Source: Cystobasidiomycetes sp. EMM_F5
Taxonomy: Eukaryota
Reading direction: 5' to 3'
Length of the DNA: 64,000 bases
NCBI GenBank assembly: GCA_051047955.1
Contig: JBPGPT010000013.1
Location: 1 to 64,000, forward strand
Positions within the stretch are counted from its first letter, which is position 1, and every line of letters begins with the position of its first letter. The notes beneath the pieces are model-generated. The model saw only the letters and a list, made by a program, of their open reading frames with translations. It had not been told where the DNA came from and ran no database searches. The translations under genes were made by a program, and so were the position numbers. Below are positions 53,320-64,000 of the stretch, in pieces.

Positions 53320-55023
53320 CTACGTAGTATAACGGAACGACAATGTTCGGTCGTAGTCGGTGTCTTGCTTGCTCTCCATCCCGCACGCTACCTGCGCCTC
53401 CCTCCTCCTATTCTCCTTTGCATAAAACGCCGTCAAGCTAAGCGCAATTCCAGCAGCAATTATCTGAGCCGCGATATTCGCCGAAGTTCCCGTGGTAAAT
53501 TGGGGCGCCTCTCGAACGGTAAAGAGATAGCCTGATAGGATGCTGAGTGATTGGCCGAGCATGTTGAGCATACCGAGTGCCACTGCTCGCTGCGTTTCAG
53601 AAGGACAATTGGAAGCTTGCCAAGATACGATGAGCGGGATACAGCAGTACGCAGCGCATACCACAAGAATGCAGGCGAAATATCTTACTCGCATAATGAC
53701 TATCGAGACTGTTGGAGAAGCATCCGCGCATCGCAGAATGGACCAACCAGTGGCGCCAACGAGGAAAACGCACGCGCAGGGGATGCCCCGGGACTGTTTC
53801 CGGTCAGAGTATGCTGTGAGAGCGAGCATGACGACGATGGATACTAAATATGGCGGAACAGTGTGAAGCTGTGCTTGGGCATCGGTGTATCCTAGGTTGC
53901 GCACGATAAGGGGAAGAAAGCCGGAAAGACTGCTCAAACCCATATTCATGCCGGCGTACATTATGGCGGGAACTAGGTAAACTTGAGCTATTGCAGGGTG
54001 TGCACTTTCATACAAGGATTGCCGCCTCACCATATGTCTTCCAGTCTTTGAGTGCATAAACCGCCGCGTCCCAATCAATTCCGCTACCTTTGCGCGCTTC
54101 GATACCATCGCGACCATTGCTGAAGCGAGTACAAGCAAGGTTGCGCTCGCCTTCCGTCAAATATGGCGTAGATTCAGGTCTTGACGGTAGGTACCGCGCT
54201 ACTATGAGAGCGAGAAGAAGAGAAGGACTGCCTTCCACAACGAAAAGTATGCGCCAGGGCTCTGTGTTATTTTCAGCGTAGTCTGCGACAAAGTACGCAA
54301 GCAAACCTGTATAGAGCATCTTCGTATCAGCATGTGATGACATTCACAGCGCGATTGCCAGCGACTGACCTCCCAGTACACCAGCGCACGCTCCGCACGC
54401 AATAAATAACCCAATTCTTTTCGCGATTTCCGGCTTGCGGTACCAAATGGAAAAGTAGAGCATCATGCTCTGACCAAACATTGCTTCTCCTACGCCCACG
54501 AAAGCTCTGCACGCGTATAACTGCGCGGGAGTTGTGACGATGCTTTGCAATGTCGCGGCAATACTCCATATAAAGGCTCCCGTGGCGATACACTTGGACG
54601 GATCCCAAGCTCGCGCGAGCAGTGTACCGGGTACAGAGAGCAGGATGTATGTAGCATAGAAGCAACCGAGGGCGGTCGCGTAGGCCGAGTCGGAATTGCT
54701 TAGAAGTGTTGATTGCAGACCCAAGAGTCGGGCTGATCCGATATTGGAGCGGTCAAGGTATGCGCAGAGGTAGAGAAGCATTGCCAGAGGTATGATCTGT
54801 CGCATGAATGTCAATATGTTTGTCCTTCTGTCTCGAGACAGCGCGTATATTGCCAATTCACCACACAATCCAGCTTTCTCAGGAGAGCCTTCTCAGCGGG
54901 TCCAGCATTCTTCTCAGCGACGAAATGATCATCAACCGCGGTCAGTCCGTCAGCCTCGACTTGTCCCATCTCGAACGCCTGAGCGTGCTCGGCATTGTCG
55001 GGTAAGCGGATGTAAGTGGACAT
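53320..55023 (-). CDS. MFS transporter, anion:cation symporter (Dal5/Tna1-like) family
   Basis: LLRKLD/..IIP..LYLCAYLDRSNIGSARL, WYRKPEIAKRIGLF, WRILFVVEG, TVPPY, SDRKQSRG and C-terminal ENRRR...FRYTT. Confidence 0.92.
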
Positions 55024-55690
55024 GTTCTGGATTCAGTACACGGAGGAAGCGAGCAGAGATGAAGAGGAAAGCGTGTTCTGTAATCCATAATATGCTTCCT
55101 CGTTTACGGGAACTGTGCAAGCCGTTGTACTGCTTGACGACTTCAAGTTTATGATTGTCGATCGCGCGCGCGAATGCCGAAAGAAAGACATTAGCAAAGC
55201 AGGTGCTCCACGGATTGCTCTGACGATGATGATAATGATGTTTACTCTTGCCTTGCACACAGCTGTATCATGCATGGTCGCAGTCTTCCATCAAAGCAGT
55301 CCACAAACGTTCAGACCATATCACAAAATCCGAGCGTTCATGACCCCGACACCACTATCGCCGTCCTTGCACAACTTCGCATGCTCGAAAATGCCTACTC
55401 CATCCAGCTACACGAGGTAGTCTGCCCGCTAGCTTCAGTGGAGTTGGCGTAACTCCACGGTCCACATCGTTGCATGTGGTGACTGCCGACTGATCTAATT
55501 GCAACCTCGGGGGTTCGGGCAGGTATTAGTGATTGACAGACAGTCGCACAGTCGACCTTGTCCTTCTGCCAACAGCAATCTCTGAGCTCATTCTACAAAC
55601 CATCCCTCCAAGTCCACAGCAGTCTAATCGTCTCGCCTCGCACTCTCGCACGCTCGACTGACCCGTACTAGCACACTATACAATACCAAC

Positions 55691-56836
55691 ATGGAAGCCC
55701 TTCTGGCTCAAGCACAGACACTCGCCAAGACGGTGACGGAGAGCAACCGCAAAGCGCTCATCGATGGTCTTCGCGACCTTGCAACTTCGCTCGAGGACAA
55801 TCAGGAATCTGCCCAGCGACTCATCTACACCCACTATCCACTCATCGCACTACGTATTGGCAGCGATCTCAACCTCTTCAGTCTCCTAGCAGACGCTGAG
55901 AAACCCCTCACTTCGTCGGAAATTGCGCAGAAGACGGGCGCAGCACCGCAGTTAATGGCACGTTTGTTACGCTACATGGCATCCGCCAGACTCATCAAGG
56001 AGGCAGACGTCGACACATTCACTGCCAATAATGTGACTCGTACGTTTGCCATTCCAGGTTGGAGAAGCGCAGTCTACCACCAGTTTGACTACACTGGACG
56101 TGCACTCAACCACCTGCCGGAATACCTCAAGGAGCACAAATACAAGGATATTGTCTCTCCGATTGACTGTCCCCTGACGAGCGCCTGGAAGACGGATCTC
56201 CATCCATTCGCCCATCTTCTAAGTCAGACCGAGCTGTTTGGGCACTTTCAACAGTTCATGTCTGTACAGCGTATGGGCATGCCTACTTGGCTGGACGTGT
56301 ACCCATACAAGGCAGCGGCAAGCAATCTGGCGCCTGAACGGGTACTGTTTGTGGATGTCGGTGGAGGCATTGGACATCAGAGCGTGGCTCTGCGGGAAGC
56401 GCTTCCGAACGTTCCCAACAAGATTATCCTGCAAGACATGGAGCAAGTTATCCCAATGGCAATCAAACATCCGGGCATAGAGGCGCAGGCCCACGACTTC
56501 TTTCAGCCGCAGCCGGTCAAGGGTGCCAAGATGTACTATATGCGCAACATCCTCCACGATTGGCGAGAGGAGCAGTGTCTCGAGATTCTCAAGCAGCTCA
56601 AAGCCGTATTGGCGGATGACAGCGTTATTCTCATCGACGAAATGTACCTTCCTTTGAAGGGCGTCCACTGGCAAGCCACTCAGCTCGACCTTACAATGAT
56701 GTCGTGCCTTTCGAGCATGGAGAGGAACGAAGCCCAGTGGCAGGATCTGATCAGCAAGGCTGGCCTCAAGATCAAAAAGGTGTACAAGTATACCGATAGT
56801 TTGAGCGATGCCATCATCGAGGTGGTACCTGCTTAG
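55691..56836 (+). CDS. O-methyltransferase, Methyltransf_2 (fungal secondary-metabolite type), intronless
   Basis: Uninterrupted 381-aa ORF with an N-terminal wHTH dimerisation region, FVDVGGGIGH (SAM binding), HDFFQPQPVKGA, YYMRNILHDW (catalytic His), ILIDEM and ERNEAQW. AATAAA lies just downstream. Confidence 0.95.
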   Translation: MEALLAQAQTLAKTVTESNRKALIDGLRDLATSLEDNQESAQRLIYTHYPLIALRIGSDLNLFSLLADAEKPLTSSEIAQKTGAAPQLMARLLRYMASARLIKEADVDTFTANNVTRTFAIPGWRSAVYHQFDYTGRALNHLPEYLKEHKYKDIVSPIDCPLTSAWKTDLHPFAHLLSQTELFGHFQQFMSVQRMGMPTWLDVYPYKAAASNLAPERVLFVDVGGGIGHQSVALREALPNVPNKIILQDMEQVIPMAIKHPGIEAQAHDFFQPQPVKGAKMYYMRNILHDWREEQCLEILKQLKAVLADDSVILIDEMYLPLKGVHWQATQLDLTMMSCLSSMERNEAQWQDLISKAGLKIKKVYKYTDSLSDAIIEVVPA

Positions 56837-57298
56837 GCGTTAGCGCAAAGCACCAATAAAATATGCTATCGTTGTATCGATTGCAACCAGTCAGGCAGTC
56901 TGTGTCTGGACTTTGCCTTCTAGCTTTTTGACACCTTGACGCCGCCTGTGTTGAAATTCACCTATCGCCACCACGTTACTGCATTGCAAGTCTGCGATAT
57001 TCTGAATCTGGATACTTGCCTTAGAGCGGGCTGCTAGACTGATACTGGCCATACGCTGTCAAATACTCTGCTCGCACTGCTCGATATCCTCCACTCGTTT
57101 GTGATCTGCCTAACGCGCTCAGGCCAAGCCAAACAACAACGACAAGAACGAAGACGAGATATCCTGAACAGGCGCATACCGGGCACTGCTGTGTCCTACA
57201 CTATCCATAAAGACTCGCTCAAGCACCGTCGTATCTCCCAACACCCGTTCTCGCTGACCTCAGCACGCGCCTCGTTGTCGCCTCGAGAGACCTAAACA

Positions 57299-58722
57299 AT
57301 GCAAAACTATCACACATCACAGCAGGAGCAGTACGGGTACGGTCACGGCGGCAACAGCAACGACGACGAACAGCACTTTTACGATGCCTCCGCCCTATCC
57401 CCGGTGGACCAGCAGCAGTACCGCCAGCATCAACAAACACAACATCAACCACATTCCCCGCACGAATACTCGTACCCTCCCTTGTCTGCGCAGTCGGCTG
57501 CAAGCAACAACAGTCAAATGAACCTCTCGCCCAACGATCATCTCATGTCTGCATCTATAGACCGAGCAGAAACCTTCCATTCCGCACATAGCGACACGAC
57601 CTACACGCCCTCTGCCATTTCGCCAGTGGATGAAAAGCCAGGAATGAGTCAGATAGAACTCAACAAGACGTCTCCTACGCTACGAGAAGGCTACGAGGAT
57701 CTGCCACCTGCTGTACCCCGCTTCCCAAACGCTAATGGCGGACACGGTAGACCGTCGAGTCAGTTTACACCAGGCCACATTTCAAGAGGTTCTATAGCGT
57801 TACAAGCTGCTGCAGAAGGCAAGATTCCGAAAAAGGAGGGTCTCAAGATGTGGAGGTCTGATGAACATCACGGAACGTTCACAAGAGGTGGAAGGGCAAA
57901 GACGTGCTTGAGGTGTACGTGCTGCACAGTCATTTGTGCATTCATCCTCATTGTGGGCGTTTGTGCGGCATTCTTATTATGGGTGAGTAGCTGCCTCTGT
58001 GGTACCAACGATTGCGTCTGACAGACTTTGTAACGCAGGTACGGCCGCCGAATGTAGCTTTCAGAGGAGTCGAGTCTCCTTCTGTCGGTGTTACGTCGAA
58101 CGGCTTTAATCTGAACCTCGTGAGTAGTGATGTCTTCGCGAAGGGTCTTCGCTAACAAGGAGGATTTGAACGCAGACCTTGGATATTGCCGTATCAAATC
58201 CAAACTGTAAGTGCATGATATCTTTGGCGTTCTTCTTGACCTGATCCCTCACCTTGTCGCATCAGTCTTTGGCGCGTCTTTTAGCCGCATCGAGGCAAAG
58301 GCTTACTACCCGACAAACACAAGTAAAGCTGTGGGAGGTGGTGTGCTAAACAACGTGAGAATACCGCCATCAAGCCATAACACGCTTTACTTCCCCTTTA
58401 ACATCGAGTGCGTTCAACGCACTTTTGTCTCAAAAGAGATCGTGCCTGATAGTCCTGATGTCGCCTTCACAGCTACACGAAGCAATTGGACCCCAACAGT
58501 CTGATTCTACAAGACATTGCGACAAAGTGCGGCTTCATTGGCGACCAGAAGAGCAACATCAAAGTCAACTACGATCTGACACTCGGCTTGAAGATTATCT
58601 TCTTCACCATCTCGCCGACATTTTCTTCGTCGACTTCTTTCCCGTGCCCTCTCGATGAGAATCAGATCAAGCAATTGACCAGCGGGACGAACTTGGGAGG
58701 GTTGTTTGGTGGGGGATCGTAG
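57299..58722 (+). CDS. Single-pass membrane protein with LEA_2-like lumenal domain
   Basis: Disordered N-terminus, Cys-rich juxtamembrane TM (CLRCTCCTVICAFILIVGVCAAFLLW/VRPPNVAF), then a beta-rich domain (IAVSNPN, IEAKAYYP, FPFNI, CGF, IKVNYDLTL, SFPCP). Confidence 0.75.
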
Positions 58723-59184
58723 ATGTATCGGCGGACGCCTCTGTGTACCCAAGCGTGCAGTGCTGTCTGTAACGCCAGTCTGTATCGGCAAGCAAGATTT
58801 TCGTGATATATGTAATGACTAAGATAACTGCGTTCTCGAAAGCATATCACGTATTGTTGCTTCATCTGGGTCAAGGTTTCCTTCCTCCCGACTGCAGTTC
58901 GCAAGGGTATGAAGAAGTAACAAAGAACTGTTTTCGAAACCACATGAAATATTCACATCCTTACTGTATCATCTCCTCGTGACATTGGCAAGACCGTTCA
59001 GCAGTGGACCTCCTGTCCGCCTCGTCACACAAGATCCCGGCCGACGACTGACGTATAGCCACGCCGGCACTTATAAGAAGTACAATGTTGTTACCGTACC
59101 CTAGCACCTCGGACTCCAGCCCTTCTTGAACCATTTTACTTAGCTTCTACATCCCGCGCCACTTCACTCTAGCAAATCCAGCTA

Positions 59185-60025
59185 ATGGGGAATGCCGTGT
59201 CGAACGCCAGGGAAGATGATGCGTTCGCTTATATACAGATACTTCCATTCATTGGTCCGCTCTATGCCGCTCTCCGATCCGCCGTCTACCACGCCAAAGG
59301 AAACAGCGTCCAAGTCCGAAGAAGCAGTATTAGCGTCCTACAAGGTCTCCTCGCTACTGTCATATGCTTCACACCTGGAGCGACAGTCTCGCGTGCAGTC
59401 GCTGCGTCTGTGGCTTGTGGCAGACTCTTGGAACGGATGTACCCAAACATGGACGAGAATGTGGAAGATACTTGCATTATTCCGCTCGAGATGCAATATA
59501 CAGCCATGTCCAGTATGTCATTTCCCTCTCAGCTCTCAAATTCGTACTTGATAATGCAAGCCTTCTGAAACAGTGGCATATACCGACATCCTCCTCCTAT
59601 ACATGAAAGAGGATATTGTCACCCCACTCCGTCGTTTAATCTGCACGCGATTTTACAGGCTCAAAAGTCTGCCTCGCAGACAATGCTTGAAGGGGCTTCG
59701 GAATATACTAATGGCCAGTCTCGCCCTATATACTCTACACTCGCTCCGCCAAGCTCGCACCGACACAAGTCGATTGCAAGCGGAGATGGAAGGTCTCCGA
59801 GCGCTCTGCACACGCATACCTGGTGATGGTCAGTCCGATGAAGGAGACCCACTTGCAGCGAGCGCACAAAGCGGCGCGGATGCAGTACTGTCTCCAAATG
59901 ATGATCATCCGATAACAGAGCCAGCCGAAGAGGATTACACCGGGCCAGCCGTCCGGACAGACAACGACAACATTGTAACCGCCGGTCCACGCAACGACTG
60001 CACGCAGGATGATAGAGCAATTTGA
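59185..60025 (+). CDS. Hypothetical protein with N-myristoylation-like start (2 exons)
   Basis: ORFs 59185 and 59573 join in frame through a GTATGT...AACAG intron (about 59513-59573). Starts MGNAVS. TATAAG lies about 110 bp upstream. Confidence 0.6.
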
Positions 60026-60400
60026 CAATATTGAAGCATTTTGGTGTGCATTACAACAACGGACTTTGTATGCACATAAAGGACAACGCATGTAGTCGTA
60101 AAATGACAAGAAGAAGCCCCCCTTACGACTGTTGTACTTTGAATCCCACTTCTTTTATATGCGGGGAGGCACTGATGCAGCATATCATTGATGCTAAAAG
60201 AGCTCGACATCGAGTAACGGATGGGTCGCGCAGAAGCAAACTGGAAGGAAGAAGATATAGAGGATACAAGCAGAATCGAGCAGGGATGGAAGCTTTTTCC
60301 AAGCCGATGTTTGAGGATGGGAGCTATGTCTAAATAAAGGTGATTTGCGGGGCTGTATTTGTTGCCCTGGCGTTATTCTGTGCGTGTCGCTGTGAATGGG

Positions 60401-60467
60401 TCGACGGAGCCGCTCTGTGCTCGACGGAGCCGCTCTGTGCTCGACGGAGCCGCTCTGTGCTCGACGG
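60401..60467. repeat. Perfect 20-bp minisatellite (3 copies plus 7 nt)
   Basis: TCGACGGAGCCGCTCTGTGC repeated three times, then TCGACGG. Confidence 0.97.
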
Positions 60468-60488
60468 CATGAGTCCACTGCGCCCGAC

Positions 60489-62685
60489 TCACGAAGAGCC
60501 ACCAAGACCCAACAAGACGGCAGCGCAATCATGTTCGATTTGCGAATTTGTCAATTTTCCCTTCGTGTTTGCTGCAAGTTTCTGGCTGATGCTTGATGCA
60601 TTCTGTCCATTGATCATCTGAACCGGAGCTGATGCAGGTGTGTGGTGCGTCATTGCACCGAGTATGGAGCGGGCTGCGTTTCTTGCCATTTTAGGGGACG
60701 ATTGACCGTCCTCGATATCTGTCAACTCGAACGACGACTGCGACGCGTTGCCTGGGTGATTGCTCTCGTACGACAGCTCCGGCATGGATGCTGATGCAGT
60801 CGACATTCCGTGACCATAGATACGGCCAGTCTTGTAATGGCCCTGTTCGCCATCTGACGAGTCTTCCGAGGAATCCAATTCGTCTTCTTCCTCCTCGTCA
60901 TCGACTTGGCCGTCAGACGACAATGCAGATGCACGAGTGCTATGGGCAGCAGTTGGTGCTAGTGCAACTTCTTGCACGTTCTCCTTGTCTGATATCGCAT
61001 CATGCGCATGTGCAGATCTCGCATCACCCGCTGCAAGTCGCAACTTCTTGACGCCCATCATAGTTGAAGCACTTCGATGAGCACCAGCAGGCGGGACATA
61101 CGTCGACAGTCCATTATAGCTGTGCGATCGTCCCAAGCCCGGTTTTGGAGCAACAAGTGTTGCACTTTCGTGATTCACCGGTCTGGACGTGGCATCTGCG
61201 TGTGCTAGGCTATCGAGGGAAGGAGTGCGATGTAGGCCATTGAGACCTGTAATGCTCAATTTGGCTGTAGAACGTGTTCGCTTCTTGCGATAAGCATTCG
61301 CTTCCATTGCTGATCTGACCGATACAGACGAAGCAGACGAGCCAGACGAAAAGGACGGAAAAGCGACTGGCGCAAATGGGATGCGAGCAGTAGCTGAAGC
61401 GGCTTTTCGTGCAGATCCCAAGATATCCTCCATGCGTACTGTATTCTTGATGCGCTTTGGCGAAGTATAGATTGTTTGGTCGCGGTGCTGCTGCGACTGC
61501 TTGTAAGAGTGTGGGGGTAGCTCAGCCCCTTCTACAGGATCGCTGTCTAGTCGCTGCCATAGATGGTCATTCTTTAGGGTCGTGGTAGTAGTGGACGACG
61601 GCTTTTCTTGAGCTTGGAGTGCATCGGACCGTTTCTGAGCCAGAGTCGACGATGAGACGGGAGCGAGAACGATAGGAGCATTCAATGTGGCGGTCGCAGA
61701 TGGTGCACTTTTCGCAATTTGTAGCCAGTGAGATTGCTGAGATGCATTGGCCAGAGTCGCTCGACCGTCGCTTGCAGTAGTCATGTTGAATGAAGAAACG
61801 GAGGGCAGGGGAGCAGTGAGTGGTCCTGTGAATGAAGAGTTGCCAGTGAATACACTCGGAGTAGCAAGAGGAGGGGTGACATGCATAGACTCGTTGCCTG
61901 TCGAGAGGCTCTTTGCGAGGGAAGGACGGGGAGCAACGCCGAGTGGACCGGCAGAAAGCGGCGGACATGGAAGAGAATTTGTTCGTTGCATGTAGTGCGA
62001 CATTGCGTTTGCAGAAGGGGGAATGACGATAGGATGCGAGTGGGGAACGGCACCAGCTGCCACCAACGACGCAGACAGAGGAGGCAGTCTGATGGACGGG
62101 AGTCGGCTAGATGCATCTTGCTCGTGCGAAAAAACTGGTCGCACTGCACCACTTGCCATCCCTGGTGCAGATTGCTGGTGAGGGTAGATTGGGAATGCAG
62201 GGCTCGAGGAGCGTGTCGAGGATACGGCACTCGCATAGTCTTGCTGTAACTCCAGCATCGACACTTCAGACGATGGGCTGATTGTCCTCTCCTCTCCTAC
62301 GCCGGCGTTTGCCAGCTTTACTCCATCAGCGGTATAGCTCGTTGGCTTCCACTTGCCAGCGTCCTTCTTTTCCTTTTGGCTGTCGGAGCGCGGTGTGAGT
62401 GGTGTGCAATTAATACACTGTATGGTGAGAAATAGCTCACCGCCTGTTCTGCAACCACACCTGCAGCTTCTTCATCGTCATGTTTACCTGGTTGCAGACG
62501 TGTTGACGGGCCTCCAGGGACGGGGTGCGCGACTGCGAGCAGGGGAGAGAGCATTAGCAATGTACCACTCCGTCTTTCAGTCAGCGCACCTCTGCAAACA
62601 GCTGCTCGAGTATTGCCAGCTCGTTCTTTGTCGTCCTTCTCCTGCGCTTGATGTCGTTTGCGTGGTGGTCTGCCATTGTGTCCAT
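60489..62685 (-). CDS. Homeodomain transcription factor, Yox1/Yhp1-like
   Basis: With introns 62533-62589 and 62380-62440 the protein reads KRRRRTTKNELAILEQLFAE/SRTPSLEARQHVCNQVNMTMKKLQVWLQNR/RQKEKK. A long S/P-rich region ends in DCAAVLLGL, similar to the tail of fungal Yox1-like repressors. Confidence 0.82.
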
Positions 62686-63644
62686 GGATGGGTGATGATA
62701 GTCGATGCTGATGATGCTGATGATGATTTAGAGCAGTGCAAGCAGAGAGCAACACCAAACCAGTGTTGACCTGTTCAATGACACGGCGTGTTTGTTTGAA
62801 ATGTTCAAATGGCTGACCCCTGCGAGCCTCTGCAAATTGAAATAATGCAATCGGGCTAGCTACCCCGGAAAACAAAACAGAAAAATACACTGCAACTTTA
62901 CGCGAATAGCAGTCGCGTCGGGGCATGCTGATGACTAAGCAGGTTGCACAATGGGCAGACGCAGCGGAATGGAGTGAGCGAGTGGCCAGCGAGCAATGTG
63001 AAGAGGGGAGAGAGTTGTGGTAGAGACAGCAGCGGAGGCATGGAGTGGATAGCGAGACGGGCATATAAACACTGTATGTATGTACTGGAACGAAAGCATC
63101 TTCTGATGGGACTGAAAGACTTGCACTCCAGAGTAGACCCCTACATGTACATACAGTGAGCACATACACATCACTCCTCTGCGGTCAGGCACGCGTAAAG
63201 ACAACTTGAAAATCTCCGCAAACACCGACATGGCCGTACAGCGAGGATATCAGCAACAAGCGAGATTATTGTCGGATTACACTTGCATACGCAAGCAACA
63301 TCTGCAGACTCCCGGGCAGCTGTATGAAGTGTGTTGTCCAATCTTGCAGTCGTCCCATCTTGTCCATCCAGTAATATCAGTTGAACACGCATGGACCATA
63401 CCACGACTACTCCCGTTGTATATGTGCATAATAATGCTCTTGTCTCCTCATTCAGCCATCCAAAGCCCCCCGACGGACATTCTCGGTGCCATACCCATCC
63501 GCCCTCACGGGAATTTACCGGGTGAACCGCGAGCCAGCCAGCCAGCAGTTTATCCCAAGCACCGACAACCAAGCAAGCGTTGAGCATCTGCATACAATAC
63601 AAGCAAATAACAACGCCAACCACGTACACTGCATACAATACACA

Positions 63645-64000
63645 ATGGGCCTCCTAGATTCTGTCCCCGTACGTCCTCTCACTCTTGAAGTGCCTGCGAC
63701 TTCTCCACTGACTGTGGTTGAGGTGTGCATCCAAACAGGCGTGAGCTGCAGCTTCGATACAAGCAGTATTGTATACCATTGCAACGACTAACCTCGTACC
63801 GTCATCTCATCTAGCGGAGTCGTCACTGGTGAAAACTGCAAGAAGGTACTGCAGTACGCCAAAGACCATGGAGTGAGTTGCGAAGGGTAGGACTAGTTGC
63901 ACAGAGATCACACACTGACTCTGCTTATCTCTCGCAGTTTGCGATCCCGGTATGTCTTCAAATGTGGTAGTGTCCGACTTGCGACTGCTGATTCGCTGAT
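63645..64000 (+). CDS. FBA1: Fructose-bisphosphate aldolase class II (3' partial)
   Basis: Exons 63645-63668, 63739-63740, 63815-63872 and 63938-63949 give MGLLDSVPAGVVTGENCKKVLQYAKDHGFAIP, the typical N-terminus of fungal class II FBA. Confidence 0.88.

Noticed and set aside
60401..60467. CRISPR-like array
   Set aside because: The repeats abut with no spacers, there are no cas genes, and the context is eukaryotic.
62318..63169. 283-aa ORF upstream of the homeobox body
   Set aside because: It crosses the homeobox exons in the wrong frames and runs through introns and promoter. The spliced model explains the region.

Overview
Gene-dense, intron-rich fungal DNA with short GT-AG introns and CTRAC/CTRAY branch points. 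It is most likely a basidiomycete yeast (inferred from intron density and a CPL1/PriA-like domain). About 22 protein-coding genes can be rebuilt by hand-splicing: a Cys-rich repeat protein with a C-terminal CPL1/PriA-like domain (5' end outside the window), an SLC41/MgtE transporter, a C2H2 transcription factor, a Cep57-like protein, midasin (MDN1), a GNAT acetyltransferase, a GT71 mannosyltransferase, CDC45, a low-complexity hypothetical protein, a small membrane protein, adenylate kinase, a GRIP golgin, Rap1, Vps23, a block of O-methyltransferase/MFS/MFS/O-methyltransferase, an LEA_2 membrane protein, a putatively myristoylated orphan, a Yox1-like homeodomain factor and the 5' end of FBA1. 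I recognised no RNA genes, transposons or CRISPR arrays. The most notable items are the OMT-MFS-MFS-OMT block with an intronless secondary-metabolism-type methyltransferase, a 2-nt microexon needed to keep FBA1 in frame, a 5-nt microexon, two GC-AG introns, a homeodomain reading WLQNRR, and the modular duplication inside the Cys-rich gene. All identities come from recalled motifs, not database searches, and exon boundaries are manual predictions.
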